Shown one piece after another: positions 14,549 to 27,586 of a stretch of DNA of 64,000 bases. The translations under genes and the position numbers were made by a program. Location of the stretch: contig NC_079879.1 in assembly GCF_029227915.1 (NCBI RefSeq), positions 12,196,720-12,260,719 of the forward strand, given 5' to 3'. The stretch's first letter is position 1. Each line of letters begins with the position of its first letter. This DNA comes from Hydractinia symbiolongicarpus (lineage: Eukaryota). Below the pieces are notes generated by a model. It did not search any database and was not told the DNA's origin. It worked only from the letters and a program-made list of their open reading frames with translations.

Positions 14549-14959
14549 CTTTTGGAGGTGGAGGTGGTGGTGGTGGAGGTAATACTGTCTCAGGAAGTGG
14601 TGGTGATGGAAGTAATCCAGCTCCAGGAGGTGGTGGTGGTGGAGGTAATCCAGCTCTAGGAGGTAGTGGTGGTGGAGGTAATCCAGCTCCAGGAGGAGGA
14701 GGTGATGGTGGTGGAGGCAATCCAGCTCCAGGAGGTGGTGGTGGTGGAGGTAATCCAGCTCCAGGAGGTGGTGGTGGTGGAGGTAATCCAGCTCTAGGAG
14801 GTAGTGGTGGTGGAGGTAATCCAGCTCCAGGAGGTGGTGGTAGAGGAGGTAACCTAGCTCTAGGAGGTGGTGGTGGTGGAGTTAAATTAGCTCTAGGAGG
14901 TGGTGGTGAAGGGAATCTAGCTGCATAAAGTGTAAGTTCAGGTAGAAGATCACCATCAC
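14549..14959 (-). CDS. Polyproline (FH1-like) repeat exon P6: ...[43 protein letters not shown]...[11 protein letters not shown]
   Basis: Acceptor is cctaaag|GTGATGG and donor is CCAAAAG|gtagtagg. Length is 411 nt, phase 1 to 1. It contains seven or more GAGLPPPP(P/L)PP repeats, which are profilin-binding-like motifs. Confidence 0.65.
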
Positions 14960-16130
14960 CTTTAGGTAAAATAAAACGATTTTAAATGAAATAGTATCAA
15001 AAAAGATTTTTTTACTTCAAAAACGTATTTAAACCACACTTGACAAATAAGTACTAAGAATCACACTGGTTATACACTGTTTACACTGTATACAAGCCTC
15101 CATAATAATTACTGAATATACTTTTAAGATGCTGGGCTTTAAACATAACACTGTGTACGAGGTTGTTAAAGCTTCAGATATATTAAAATCTCCTTGATGA
15201 TCTTTAAGATTCCAGGGCGGACTTTATAAATTATAAACAAATTTATATAGATTTTATATACAACCTCTACTTTATAGCGTTTTAGAGGTTTTTGAAAAGT
15301 ATATAAAAAAAACCCGAGGTTTTTTAATTTGCCCTTAGGGTGCATTGAAAAAAAGCCTAGTGGTTTGTGGAAAAACCCTTTTAAAACAGAATTGTTTTAA
15401 ACATCTCATCATCTAAACATCATACAATTAAAATGTGGTAAATATTAAAACGTGATATACCTATTACGGGAGAAAGAACGCAATACACTTGCCTTTTAGG
15501 AGTCTTTTTAGTAATAATTCTGTCCTAATTCAATTACTTCATGCTAACAGGGAAACAAGAATGCACAAAACACTGGAAAATCTATGAATTTTTCACAGGC
15601 TGACAAACAGTATACAAATACTTTTGAAAGTTGCAGGTTTTACCTTCTTTCAGTTGTGACATACATAATTGTTTGAAACTGGTTTTAACTCCATGTTTTA
15701 AGAGATTTTAGACTAAAATGTAATTTTACAGCAGTGGCATTTGCTACAAATAATGCTTTTTTTTGCTGGTGGCTACCAGATACCTTTTTTCCTCTTGTTG
15801 TTATTAGCAACTCTGGCAGTAATGGTCTTAAATTTTCCAAAAAAGGATTTTTTTAATGGGGTCTTGTGTAAAACCTTTCTAGCCCCATATTTCAATACTA
15901 GGTATATGTCCTCCTTCTCAGAATCAAATTACATTAGGCTATCCTTAGGGTTTTCAGAACCCATTGGTCCTAAGAAAATATGAATTAGCGATAAGTATAT
16001 CCAAAATTTCCTTAAATTTGATATCACACCTCCTGTTTTGATAGTTAAATAAGTGTATATGTTAAAACGTTCTACACAAGTATTTTACATGTTTTGTAAC
16101 TTTACATTTTACAAATTAATATCCAATTAC

Positions 16131-16268
16131 CTTCTAGAAGTGGGGGTGGTGGAGGTAATCCAGTTCCAGGAGGTGCTGGTGGAGGTAATCTAGCTGCAGG
16201 AGGTGGTGGTGGAGCCATTTTAGCTGCTAAAAGTTGTGGTGCAGGGAGACCATATTCTGCAGCTGTGC
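16131..16268 (-). CDS. Polyproline repeat exon P5 (GTAAEYGLPAPQLLAAKMAPPPPPAARLPPPAPPGTGLPPPPPLLEG)
   Basis: Acceptor is ttttataaag|GCACAGC and donor is CTAGAAG|gtaattgg. Length is 138 nt, phase 1 to 1. Confidence 0.6.
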
Positions 16269-18217
16269 CTTTATAAAATAACTAAATTTACATTAACATG
16301 CCAGGTTTAGCATCTAAACTTTCAAATATCAAAATTCTAGCATTTTAATAATTCCATAACAACAAACTTAGCAACAACAACAAAAAATTACTTCTATAAC
16401 TGGACCCCATATGAATACAAAATAGATAGTTAAATTATACAGTTTTGTTCGTCTCAGTAAAAAAAAAAAAAATCAAACTTCCAACTTCCTGATTCTTAAA
16501 TTCAACTGAAACATGACCTGAAGAATACACATCTTTTATATTGAAAAATCCTATTCTTTGGATTTAAAGTTTTGTAATTTGTGAAAATACAAATAAATAC
16601 GACTAAAATAAGGAGTATGCAAAGGTCACATGATACAGTTCAACATGTGCAAATGTTGCAGATACAACAATGTGTTTAAGTTTATACTAGCAGAAGCATT
16701 CATTAAAATGCAACACAACTAACCGATCATAGGTTCAGGCATGTCGAAACACAGTGAATGCTTTGTAGAACTTGACATATACCGTGACTTGAACATTTTT
16801 AGGGATCTCCAAATCCGTGCTACATTAAATTAAAAATAAAGTTCACAGGGTCAGTCAAATAAAAAAAATAACGTAGAGAAATGAAAAGTTATTTATCTTA
16901 AAAGATTGGCAGTGAATCTAAAAAGGAAACAAAATGCCAGATATACATATCAAACCATATGACCTTGCTTTAAATCGACGAAATATATACAGCGTGACTC
17001 ATATTCAGCTGAATTCTGCTTGTTCTGAATAACCCAACAGTTAACCCAACAGTTATATATACTGAATAACCCAAAAGTTATATTAAGTACATTTTGAAAG
17101 TAAATGAAACAGTTTTCGAATTATTAAAGACAGGTAGATTCAGGAAATTAAACAAGTTCATAAGCTTAGCTAAAAAAGAGCTTAAAAAATACGTAGAATT
17201 TTAATATATATAGTCTTAATAAAAAGGATACATCAAGCAGGGACATGTTTGGATTTCTACGATTTGATCATAGGTGCTTCGTTTTTCTAATGTGTTTTGA
17301 TTACTGCATTTGTGAAACCCTGAGTACAAGGTTGTTAAAACTTTCTAAGTAGATTAAAATCTCCTTAAGGATTCGCGAAATTCAGGGTGGTAAATTTTTT
17401 GTACAAGCTCTGCCTTTAAGGGCATATGTTAGAAGAATACTGTTGGGTTATTCAGAACTTGCAGAATTCAGCTGAATATCAGTCACGCTGTTGTTCAAGC
17501 ATTTGTGAGAGAAAAAAATACTGAATTTAGGGATAGGAGAATTTGCATAGATGGAGTACCCAACCAACAGTGGGAAAAATTATCTTATATAATATATGAT
17601 ATGGAATTTGTTTCACATATTTGTAATGTAGTGCACAGCTTAATTGTAAAGAAGATGGAAAAGAGTAAAGAAGCTGACAGTGTATCATTGTCTGAGAATG
17701 GTTAGAAGATTTTATAGTACTTTTGTCTGAAAAAATTGTTCTCTTACAGGTAAATGATTCACTGTAATAGAATTTTAAGATAATAAGATTTTAAATTGGA
17801 AGCATAATTGGCAAAATCTTGACCTATTTGAAAAATTTAGTGATAGCAATAATATCAGATGATTAAAAAAGTAATTAAATCCAATATTTTAGGTTGGTTT
17901 ATAGTTGCGTCCTAAAAAAAAGCCTAGTGTTTTGTGGCACTGGGAGATGTTTAAAAGGTTAAAAAAAAAAGCAAAACTTAAAATATACAATTTAAAATTG
18001 GTAAATATTTTAAGTAGTTACTAATAGTTTTAAGTAAATCAAACTTCAAAATCAAAACACATTAGACCATCCGTAACCTTTTCCAGAACCCATTTTGTTG
18101 TAAGAGATGTAGCAACAAGTGTAACCAAAATTCACTCCTCTTCATTTTTACAGTAAAAAAAAGGGTTAACATTTTTCACACAAGTATCACATTTTTTGTA
18201 TTTTAATATCGAACTAC

Positions 18218-18322
18218 CTTTTATATGTGAGGGTGGTGGAGGCAATCCAGTTCCAGGAGGTGGTGGTGGTGGAGGCAATCTAGCTTCTTGAAATTGTGGT
18301 GCAGGTAGACCATCACGTTCAG
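18218..18322 (-). CDS. Polyproline repeat exon P4 ([36 protein letters not shown])
   Basis: Acceptor is tattttag|CTGAACG and donor is ATAAAAG|gtagttcg. Length is 105 nt, phase 1 to 1. It is a paralog of P5. Confidence 0.6.
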
Positions 18323-18601
18323 CTAAAATAAAACGATTAACAATGAAAAGGTAAATAGGTCGAAAATTAAACAGGTTAATCCAAATTATTCATGGTGTTA
18401 ATTGGAGTAGGCCTTAAAACCATATATAAACTAGGGACAGTTCTGGATTTTGTTACTAGGTCTTCTTCTATGATTTGATGATGGTATTTGTTATATTCAT
18501 CTTATTAACACATGTCTATGGTTTTGTTAATTAATTCTCATTGCAACTATGGTTTTGTTGAATAAATTCCATTGCAAATCGAGTAAGGATGTATCACTTG
18601 C

Positions 18602-18667
18602 CTTCTTCAGGTGGTGGTGGAGAAAATCGGGCATCTAGAAGCGGTGATGATAAACGGTTTATTGCAC
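18602..18667 (-). CDS. Polyproline-gene exon P3 (GAINRLSSPLLDARFSPPPPEEG), which has a GC-AG intron
   Basis: Acceptor is gttttag|GTGCAAT and donor is GAAGAAG|gcaagt. A stop codon follows immediately if the exon is read through, so the GC donor is needed to keep the frame. Phase 1 to 1. Confidence 0.5.
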
Positions 18668-20261
18668 CTAAAACAAAACGGTTTAAAATAAAATATAATA
18701 TTATACAAATTCTTAAGTCACACTTTACAAGTAAATACTATTAAAGTTGTGACATTTTGATGACATATGGTATGACCCATTTATATAAAAAACATTTTCA
18801 AAACGTTTTGGTATCTATTGATTGTATTGTGTAGAGTATGAAACACTGATCAAAATGATTACATAATCATGTCCTTTCGAAACATGATTAGAGATATGCA
18901 AGCTTTTGATGACATCATTAGAACATTGGTTTAATTATTTTAATTCAAGCAAGAATTAATAGAAAACAAAGAAGCGTTTATCCGTGACTTTTTTATCAGG
19001 AATTTGATGCTGGTCAATTACTTTTTATTTAAGTTCAGTGGATAAAAGTGTACATCAAAAGACTTCTTATGCTGTGCATTTTAACACTCAACAACAACAA
19101 AACAACTACACAAAACTACTTTTATAACTGAATCCAAAAGAGATAAAAAATAAATAGTTAAATTATACAACTTTGTCTGTTTCATTGACTAAAACCATTT
19201 TGTGCATTGCAAACTTGAACATTTCATTTTTTTTAAATTTAAATCAAACATGAAATTAAATGAGTACAATAGTATACTTATTTGTCACAGAGTAATGGTT
19301 CAATGTGTGCATGTGATGCAAATTTATAGCACAGACGTTGGTAAACACAACTAACTGTATATTGGTTTACATTCATATTCAACTTCATTATATGGTGACT
19401 GTTGTAGAGAACTTGATATAGAACCCAACTTTGTATTAGTTTGTTTAAAGGAACATAACGATTCCTGTTTTAGTGCTAACTTATTAGGACAGTGTAGACA
19501 CTTTACGAAAATTTGTCTGTTCGTAAACGTTTTCCTTGAGAATATTGTAAAGAATAAAGCTGTTTTGGACATTATCCTTACTATTACTAAAGTCCAACAG
19601 CCGACAGAAAACCACAAAAGCTTATCTCCACTGAAAATACTTTTATAGGATTGTATTTATTTATTTATTTTTTTAACGAACTGTTCTGATTTATGTGTGC
19701 ATGATAAAATAGGTTTAAAAAGAGGAGGTACATTCAAGCAATGTTTATTTAAATTTTATCAAAGTTATATTGTTTATGTGCTCATTTAAAGCCCATCTAT
19801 TGTGCTGCTTTTGTTGTATTTTTGCATGTCTAGAGTTAGACAAGTGTTTTAACGAGAAAACAGGAAAAACGTTTTAATATTTTCCAAACCTAAACTTTTA
19901 AAAAATATTACTGCAGTAGGGGGTACATATAAATAGATAATTCTTTCTCCAAAGTTAATGAATTTTCAGCACAAAATCAGTGTTTGGTGGCTATTGTTTC
20001 TTTCATAGAACAAAAGAGAATATTATAATTATTTATTCCTATCTTTAATTACGGGTTATTTGTTAAGTAATTTCCTTTTATTTCCTTACATTGCTTTTTC
20101 GTCTATATTTTACCATAATTCCAAAAAGTACACCTTACATTAAGCTAATGTTCCTTATTTTCTACATATTCCACCAGAAACAATCAACTTCAAAACAAAA
20201 GAGTTTTTACCGCTAGAAAAATAATTTATAATGAGAAGAATAAGAAACTGCGGAGACGCAC

Positions 20262-20429
20262 CTCCTACTCTTTTTAAACTTAGGTTGGATGTAGCTAAAG
20301 TTTTTTGAGGTAGGGGTTGTAGAGGTAATCTAACTTGTAGAGGTAGTGGTGAATGCTGATCGTCTTTAGGTGGTGGTAAAGGTAATGGAGCTTTAAGACC
20401 CAGTGGTGAAGGTAGACGATTTCTTGTAG
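20262..20429 (-). CDS. Polyproline-gene exon P2 (ATRNRLPSPLGLKAPLPLPPPKDDQHSPLPLQVRLPLQPLPQKTLATSNLSLKRVGG)
   Basis: Acceptor is tattttag|CTACAAG and donor is GTAGGAG|gtgcgtc. Length is 168 nt, phase 1 to 1. Confidence 0.55.
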
Positions 20430-21239
20430 CTAAAATAAAACGATTTAAAATAAAATTGTATTATCCAATTTTTTAAAAAACATTCCATTTTTATAAAAAG
20501 AACGTCACGCTTTACAAGTATATGCTAATAAAGTTGTGACATTTTTATAGCATTAGGTACCACTCATTTATATTAAAACATTATAAAAACTTCTTGTTTA
20601 TCTTTTGATTATATTGTGTAGAGATTGGAACACTGATCGAGATGATGCACAGGACTAATTTTGTTTCCATGTGGTCTCTAGTTACTGATGGAGAATATGA
20701 TCTCACCTATTTTTAACCGTTCCTAAATTATATGACCCTAAGTTAAAGGGTAATTTAATGACCTCACAAATGATTTTGACACCCATCCATTTTAATTTGT
20801 TGACATTAAAATAATACATCAGATCAAACAGGTTTTCTGCAACTATTCCTACCCTGCTGCTTCCGTTTGTAATAACGAAGGCAATATTAAGTATTCTGAT
20901 AAAGCTATCAACTTCTAGCTTTAAAAGTGGGTGTGTTGACCAAGTTTTCAAAATCGCACTAATTTTTGGTTCAAGGTCCTAGCTAGGCAATCATGAAGAA
21001 TTGTTTGTTTGTCGTGGGGAATTTCATGAAATTCTGTCTGCCTCTAAAATTATTGGCTTGAAAATATTATACAAGATTTAGCCTTGTAGCTGTCCAATGT
21101 CTTTAAATAAAGATATTGGCCCATGAGCACTTCTCCAAAACCTAACAAATGAAGGGATATGAAATATAACCGAATAATGTAAAATCCTAAATCTACTGTA
21201 AACATTGGCCAACTGTAATTTGACAAGTGTGTGTAGTAC

Positions 21240-22165
21240 TTACATAGAAACATCATTCATCATCATTTTCAGCTTAACATATGTTCTTCATGCTCATATG
21301 GGTTGGACAGGTACATCAATGACATTCTGATCTAGACTGTATGAGCTATCTAGACTGTTTAAACCCAAATTTACCTACATCAAGTCTATCCTTTTTAACT
21401 CCTGGCAAATCTTTTTCATTCTACTTATGAGCTTATCCCAGGAAATGTCTTTAGATTATTCAGTTATCGTACTTTTCCAAGTGCCTCAACCTTCTTCCCT
21501 CGATAACCTCTCTAACACTACGAATACTTGCTCCTTATCTCATCTGAACTCTCTGTCTTCCAGACTGGTGTTACATAGCCATGTAATTATTCTTATAATA
21601 CCACGTTATAAACAGCCAAGATCTTCCTTCTTCATTGCCCATGTCTTACTATCACACATCATAAATAACCTACCTGTCACCTCAACGGACACGACTCTTA
21701 TGGTTAACAAAAAAAGTAACTCTCTGAACTTGGTCTAAGCAGAACCTATTCTGCAAGTAACACTTTTATTAAAACCCTTTCACTAACCAACATATTACCT
21801 AAGTAACAGAAATTCTTAATCATCTCCAACAAGTCACTGTTGCACATCCTCACAGCTGAAAATTCTCTTTTGTCTCTAATCTCACCCTTGCAACGGTTAC
21901 ATACAAACTGAATGTGAGCAACCCCTTTTCTCCAAACTCCACAAGAGCACTTTCCAATCACAAGTTCAAACTTAGCTTCAATGCTTCCAATCATGTCTTT
22001 AGACTTTTCTGCGTTCACTTTCAAGCCTTTCTCTTCTAGTTTGCTTCCACTGCTTAAAATTTTCCACAAATTCTTCCATAGTCTTAACTTTGCATCTAAA
22101 AACTTCAATGAAAACCCCCTCATAAACTTCATTGACAGCGCTTTTAAGACAACACAAAACAACAA
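21240..22165 (-). mobile_element. Non-LTR retrotransposon (LINE) 3' fragment: RT C-terminal end plus Cys-rich tail (..GLKVNAEKSK..CSCG..C..C..NFCYLGNMLV..) and 3' region
   Basis: The minus-strand ORF 21746-22165 carries the LINE RT terminal 'GLKVNxxKTK' motif followed by a 'FCYLGxML' block. The downstream ~350 bp (21240-21600) recurs at 28140-28500 and 63880-63960. Confidence 0.45.
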
Positions 22166-24008
22166 TGGACTAAGTACAGATGTACGCCAACATTTATGCT
22201 AAAATCATCACTAAGTGAATTGTAAGTTCTGACACGAATTCTAATTTTACTGTACATAGACTGTACCATAATTTTCTCTATGTGACCCAGGAAATTTTTC
22301 GAAATCTACAAAGACATGCTTTCTCTTTCCTTAATACTTATACTTAAGTTTTCTTAGTAAGTATAATACAGCTGTAGTTTTGCGCCCTGGAAAAAATTCA
22401 AATTTCATCCTATCTATATCAATTCTTTTACTTAGTAACCTCTCAATCAGTCTTTTAATATATTTTATTACTTTATAACCAACTTCAACCCTCTGTAGTT
22501 ACCAATGTTTTCGGCATTACCCTGCCCTTGAAATAACTTACTATTACACTTGACTGCTAGTCACTCAGAATAACACTATCCCTATCTCATTGGCAAAACT
22601 TGTAATAAACTCAACTCCAGTATATCAAAACACTTTTACAATCTTCGCAACAATACCTGCAGCCTTGCCAATTTTTATTTTCCCAATTGCCCCACCTACC
22701 TGTTCTGTTATGTCCTGGCCTGCATAGTCATGCAATTATGCTCATTTCACTTAAATTCTTTGTCAAGTGAACTTTGTACGAACCAAGAGAATATCATCAT
22801 TACTTATACACTTGTCACCTACAACATTAATCTACATTTGCTTGCTATGTTAAAACGTCTTTACCAAGCGCTTTTGGTTAGAAACTTCAAGTTCTATCCT
22901 GCGTTTTATCACTATTAAGGTTATGGGTTGTAGGTATTTATACAAAATAATTTTTATTAATCTTAATAATCAATTCAGTTTTTTTCATTATAAAGTTTAT
23001 TCATTATTCGTTTTGTGAGCACCCTAGTTTTCAATTGAGGAAAAAAAACTTTCTCTAAGTTTAATTGCACCCTACTAAATTGATTTTTTTGTTTATTCAG
23101 GTATTTAAATATGCTGGCTTGCATTTTAGTAAAACTTTTCACGCTTTTTTTAATTGATAGGCAACTGCAAATATGAGTTAAACTTTCACATTTGAGGGTG
23201 TATTCTCTATCTTTGTGCAACAAATCCAGAAAAACTAATGATCCAATTCTGAAAAAGTTGGTTATGAATGCATAGATGGATTGAGTAAGGTCAATTTATA
23301 GGCCCTCACTTGTGCCAAGTAGATCTAAAAATGCATTTTTTTGTCTCTCAGTAAATTTGATGTTATTTATCAATACAGTGCCATAGCGAAAACGTTGCAT
23401 TCATAAAGGTAGATTAGAAAAAAAGCTAGTTAACTGATCACTTTACAACCAAGAGACTGCTGGTGAAATTTGTCAGCATTCTTTTATAATATCTATCTTT
23501 TGACTCCTAGCTAATTGACTGTGATAAACTTCTTGAAATATTAATACAATGAAAAAGAACATAGACGTTTCGGATTAAAAGGTGGCTGAAATTTTGAATT
23601 AATATTGTAAAGTAGTTCACATTACATAAAAAAAAAGTAAATTTTACCAAGGCCTAGACAATGCTTAGTGATAGTTTTACTAAGAATTTGTAACTGCATA
23701 AGATATGATGCTGCTTATTATTTTTAGGAGGATTAGTAAATTTAATTTTTATATACTTACGTTCACGCAGTCAGGTTTTGCATTGCCAAAACTTAAATAG
23801 TAGAAGATATTTAATTCTCCAAAATTATATACTCAATATTCCTACATCTTTTTTGCATTGTATCTCAAAGATCATCCTGATTTTTGATTAAGTTGACTCA
23901 CAGGTCATTATATGAGTATTTAACGGTCATAGCACCATTGTTTATAAATTACTTCATAATTGTCTAATTAGAAAACAGAAGTAAACAGTGAACTAAGGAA
24001 TGCGTTAC

Positions 24009-24203
24009 CTGATAATGCTGCAGCAGGACGAGATTTTAGAGGTTGTGGTAGAGACTTTTTAGCTTTCGCAAACCGTGATCGAAGCAGGCCCTCTCCTCCA
24101 AGTGGTGTTGGATGACAACCATATTTTGTAGTAAGTGGTGGAGGTAATCCAGGTGGTGGTGGTGAATATGTAAGATCTTTCTCAGGTGGTAGTTTGGTAT
24201 TGG
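24009..24203 (-). CDS. Polyproline-gene exon P1 (ANTKLPPEKDLTYSPPPPGLPPPLTTKYGCHPTPLGGEGLLRSRFAKAKKSLPQPLKSRPAAALS)
   Basis: Acceptor is attttag|CCAATACC and donor is TTATCAG|gtaacgca. Length is 195 nt, phase 1 to 1. It joins in frame with P2 through P6. Confidence 0.55.
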
Positions 24204-26289
24204 CTAAAATAAAAATTTTTAAACTTCTGATCCATTTGAAACTGCCTTCCAAGTCACACTTTCTAAATAACTGATAGCATAGATGTGATTCATTACAGAG
24301 GGATAGATGTCTAAAAGGATATTTGTAACAAGCAACAAAATTACCAAATCATTGAGAGATGACTTTAACAAAATTACCAAATCATTGAGGGATTACTTTA
24401 ACAATATTACCACTTATCAGTTCAGTTACAGTCATTGTTTCGAATGTGATTGAAATCATTTTTGGCTATTTATTGGTCGAGGAGATAATTAGAGGATCGA
24501 AGTGCAAAAATGATATTTTTAGAAGTTGATAGGAAATAGTATTGATAAAGGTTTCTCTATTTATAGTATGTATAGTTTCTTTCACTCTTCCTGCTATCCC
24601 ACAGAACTTCTGTGATATTTTTATTGTCGAAGTCAATAATATGATAATTCTGTAGTTGTCAAAACGTAGCCTAGTATAAATTTTCTTTTTTATTATAATA
24701 ACTATATTATTCGAAGATATGTGGTAATATTTGTAAAGTTATTAAACAGCAATATGGTTGATGTGAGATTGTTAATAAAAACTAGATTAAAAATTGTAAG
24801 ATATTCCACATTACAAAGTCAAACCGGGGAGAAGTCAGAAAATACTACTTGGTGCAAGTCCCCAATTGTTGCATAAGCAGATTCATCTTATATTCATGTG
24901 ATGAGAAATAATATATTGATTAAGATGACTGGAATTGACCAGAATAAAAATACAATACTGTCAGGTATATTATAATAATTTATTAAACACAACATTCTTA
25001 TGTATGTTGTCATGGCAACAATGGGGCGCCACTTTTAGACCTTAAAAATCTTGAAAATGATAAAAAATATAAAAAATTACACAGCTTATATTGAATTTGT
25101 AATGAAAAATTGAAGCTGAAATTTGTTTACGTACATATCTTCTATACCATAATTTGGTACAAAATAAGGTAAACTGCTAAAAATAATTGTGCAGAACTCT
25201 AAAGCAGGGTTTACTGGATTTAAATAAAAGTTGATGCTAATATCAGCCGCAAAAATCTAAAAAATCTTAAGACAAAGCCACATTTTTGTCAAACTACCTA
25301 AATTACAAATTATGCGACGTTGTCCTTGATATTCTTTAGTGCTGAAACTTGTGAGAACTACATCTGAACTCTGCACAGTTGGAAGCTAGGGAATCATGAC
25401 TGGGAACTGAGAACAATGCAAGGAAATAACATCAGTAGTGCAAGTAAAAGAAGAGGAAGTTTTTACTAATTTTTCAATTGGATTTTGAGGCACCCTACAA
25501 TAAAAATTAAATATGATGTCTGATGCTGGGGAATGGTCTCATCTAGATAATATTTATTTTGAGATTTTAAGCCATCTAGTAACATGCCAGCACTGCAGAG
25601 GCACGTTTGTTTTTAGTGGCTATATACATTTTGCTATCTACAAGTAGCTATATACATTTTTTATGTAGCTAGCTAGCTAGCTACCTACCAGGGTTTACAA
25701 AGAAATTCTGTCATTTTAAATAAGGAATTTTGATATTTTCTGTTACTACCTTTCTATGACAGTAAACAGTCAAGACTTAAGTTTAAGCTATATAAGGTAA
25801 ACTGTGTCATACGTATGGTGAGTATGTGTCACATATGCAGTGGAGCGTTTACAGCATAACATCTTTTTGAAAACTAACATTCGCAGCAGTTATGATGAAA
25901 CCTATTTTTACTTTGGAAAAGCAAATACAGTTGTTTAGCATTTTATTTGCAGAATACGTTTTTGTGGATGTATAAAAAATAATTGTGAGTGGAACTAGGT
26001 TAAGCTATTAGTACAGATAAACTAAGATGCAGATTCGGGTGGATACAAAAAAAAACTCTCTGAAAACTGTGAAGATTTGGCACTGTGCTGTCCAAATTCC
26101 TATTTTCTCTGTGCTACCTAAACTTAGGGCATTTAATGTTTTCTGCACAGGTCTAAAATTACTGACGACAGAAAATGTCAAAATTTTATTCTTCATTTAT
26201 GACATCATAATTTATGCAGCATTAAAATGTGAATATCTTGGAAACGAAAATAGCTTAATCTTATGTTAACGTTATGTTTGTCCTACTTA

Positions 26290-26408
26290 CCTTTGCCAAT
26301 TTCTTTTCTCATTATTGAGAATGGACTTGACATTGTGAGTATACCCCTTTTTGATTTAGCCTCGTCACCTACATAAGAATCCTTCTGGCCCATTCCAACC
26401 ATCACACC
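26290..26408 (-). CDS. Actin-derived exon A3 ([39 protein letters not shown], matching actin residues ~42-80)
   Basis: Acceptor is ttcttag|GGTGTGATGG and donor is GGCAAAG|gtaagtagg. The '[17 protein letters not shown]' DNase-I-loop block is identical to actin. The distal part diverges but aligns residue for residue, with the W of ..VTNWDD retained. The exon ends in phase 2. Confidence 0.6.
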
Positions 26409-26499
26409 CTAAGAAATCAAGAAGCAAAACATAGGAATAGAAAAAAAAACTTAGCAAAAACTCAACGAAGTAATTGATGTAATGTTGTGTCATAGTCAC

Positions 26500-26568
26500 C
26501 TGATGTCTAGGTCTTCCAACTAATGTTGGCATAACAACGCGTGGTTTTTTCTCCCCAGAAAAACCAGC
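26500..26568 (-). CDS. Actin-derived exon A2 (AGFSGEKKPRVVMPTLVGRPRHQ, matching actin '[23 protein letters not shown]')
   Basis: Acceptor is ttttatag|GCTGG and donor is CATCAG|gtgacta. The exon ends exactly at the conserved actin codon 41/42 intron position. Confidence 0.65.
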
Positions 26569-27559
26569 CTATAAAATACCAGATATGCTTTAATATAATG
26601 CTTTATATCTTAGACTTTATTAACATAAATAAATACAACTTTATTCATTACTTCACTAAACAGCATTTTTAAATTGATAAAGAATTAAATTGTTTGAAAA
26701 TCATTTTCGAAAATGTTTAACTGGTAAAAAGACATTTTGAAAAACACCAACCTGCCTTCAAAAAAATGACCTTTTTTACAAAACTACTTTAAAATGACTA
26801 CTTTTACTAAATTACCACTGTTCCAAACTCTTTCATGAAACAGATTTAAAATGTAATACCAAACTCGAGTGTGATTTTAAATTTTATGACTGACGTAGCT
26901 GTGCACTAAACGGCAATTATAGCAGTAGGCATTTATGTACTATAACAACATCTCTGGGAGATTTACTCATAATTTTGATTGTATCTTTGTATTAATCTGA
27001 CAAGCTTAAAAGTTGATTTAAAAAGCAAGAATCTGAAAAGTTGATCCAAGAGTCGAAAATCTGATCTGAGAAGCTGAAAGGCTGATCTGTAAAATTAATA
27101 GTTTTAATTGTTGATTGGCCACAAAGGTACTGCCATCATATCATAGAAATGAAAGATAGCCACAGCCTTAGATAGAGCCTTGTGGCATTATTTTTTTTAG
27201 ATATTGCTTTAAAAAGGTTTGGCGACTGACAAAAAAAGAAAATATTAGGATTTCTCCATCATCTGCATTTTTTAATTGAATTCAGAAGATTTTGAGGCAC
27301 CCTACATTAAAAACTAAATATGATGTCTGATGCTGGGGGATGGTCTTAAAATATTTTTTTTGCATACTTTGCTCTTCTTTAACATTTATTTACATGTGAC
27401 ATGCTTCTACATTATACAGAATTGTCATTAGGCCACAGAAACAAAAAATACAACACATTCTGAACAATTTTTGGTCATGTATTATAAAACAAACCTTCCT
27501 GAAAGCAATATCAACTGTTTTAAAATTTGAATTCTTATTTAAAAACAAAAGGTACCTCA

Positions 27560-27586
27560 CCTTCATTTCATGCATACCAGTATCCA
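27560..27586 (-). CDS. Actin-derived exon A1 (MDTGMHEMK, matching actin 'DNGSGMCK'), possibly extending to 27604 (VKGAVI...)
   Basis: An in-frame ATG sits at the complement of 27584-27586. The donor is GAAATGAAG|gtgagg. A possible upstream acceptor is tttcctag|GTTAAAGG at 27604. Confidence 0.45.

Noticed and set aside
14549-24203. Calling the polyproline gene a formin outright.
   Set aside because: Only FH1-like tracts are present. No FH2 motifs (GNxMN, GFxLxxLxKL) were found in any minus-strand frame from 1.5 to 14.5 kb.
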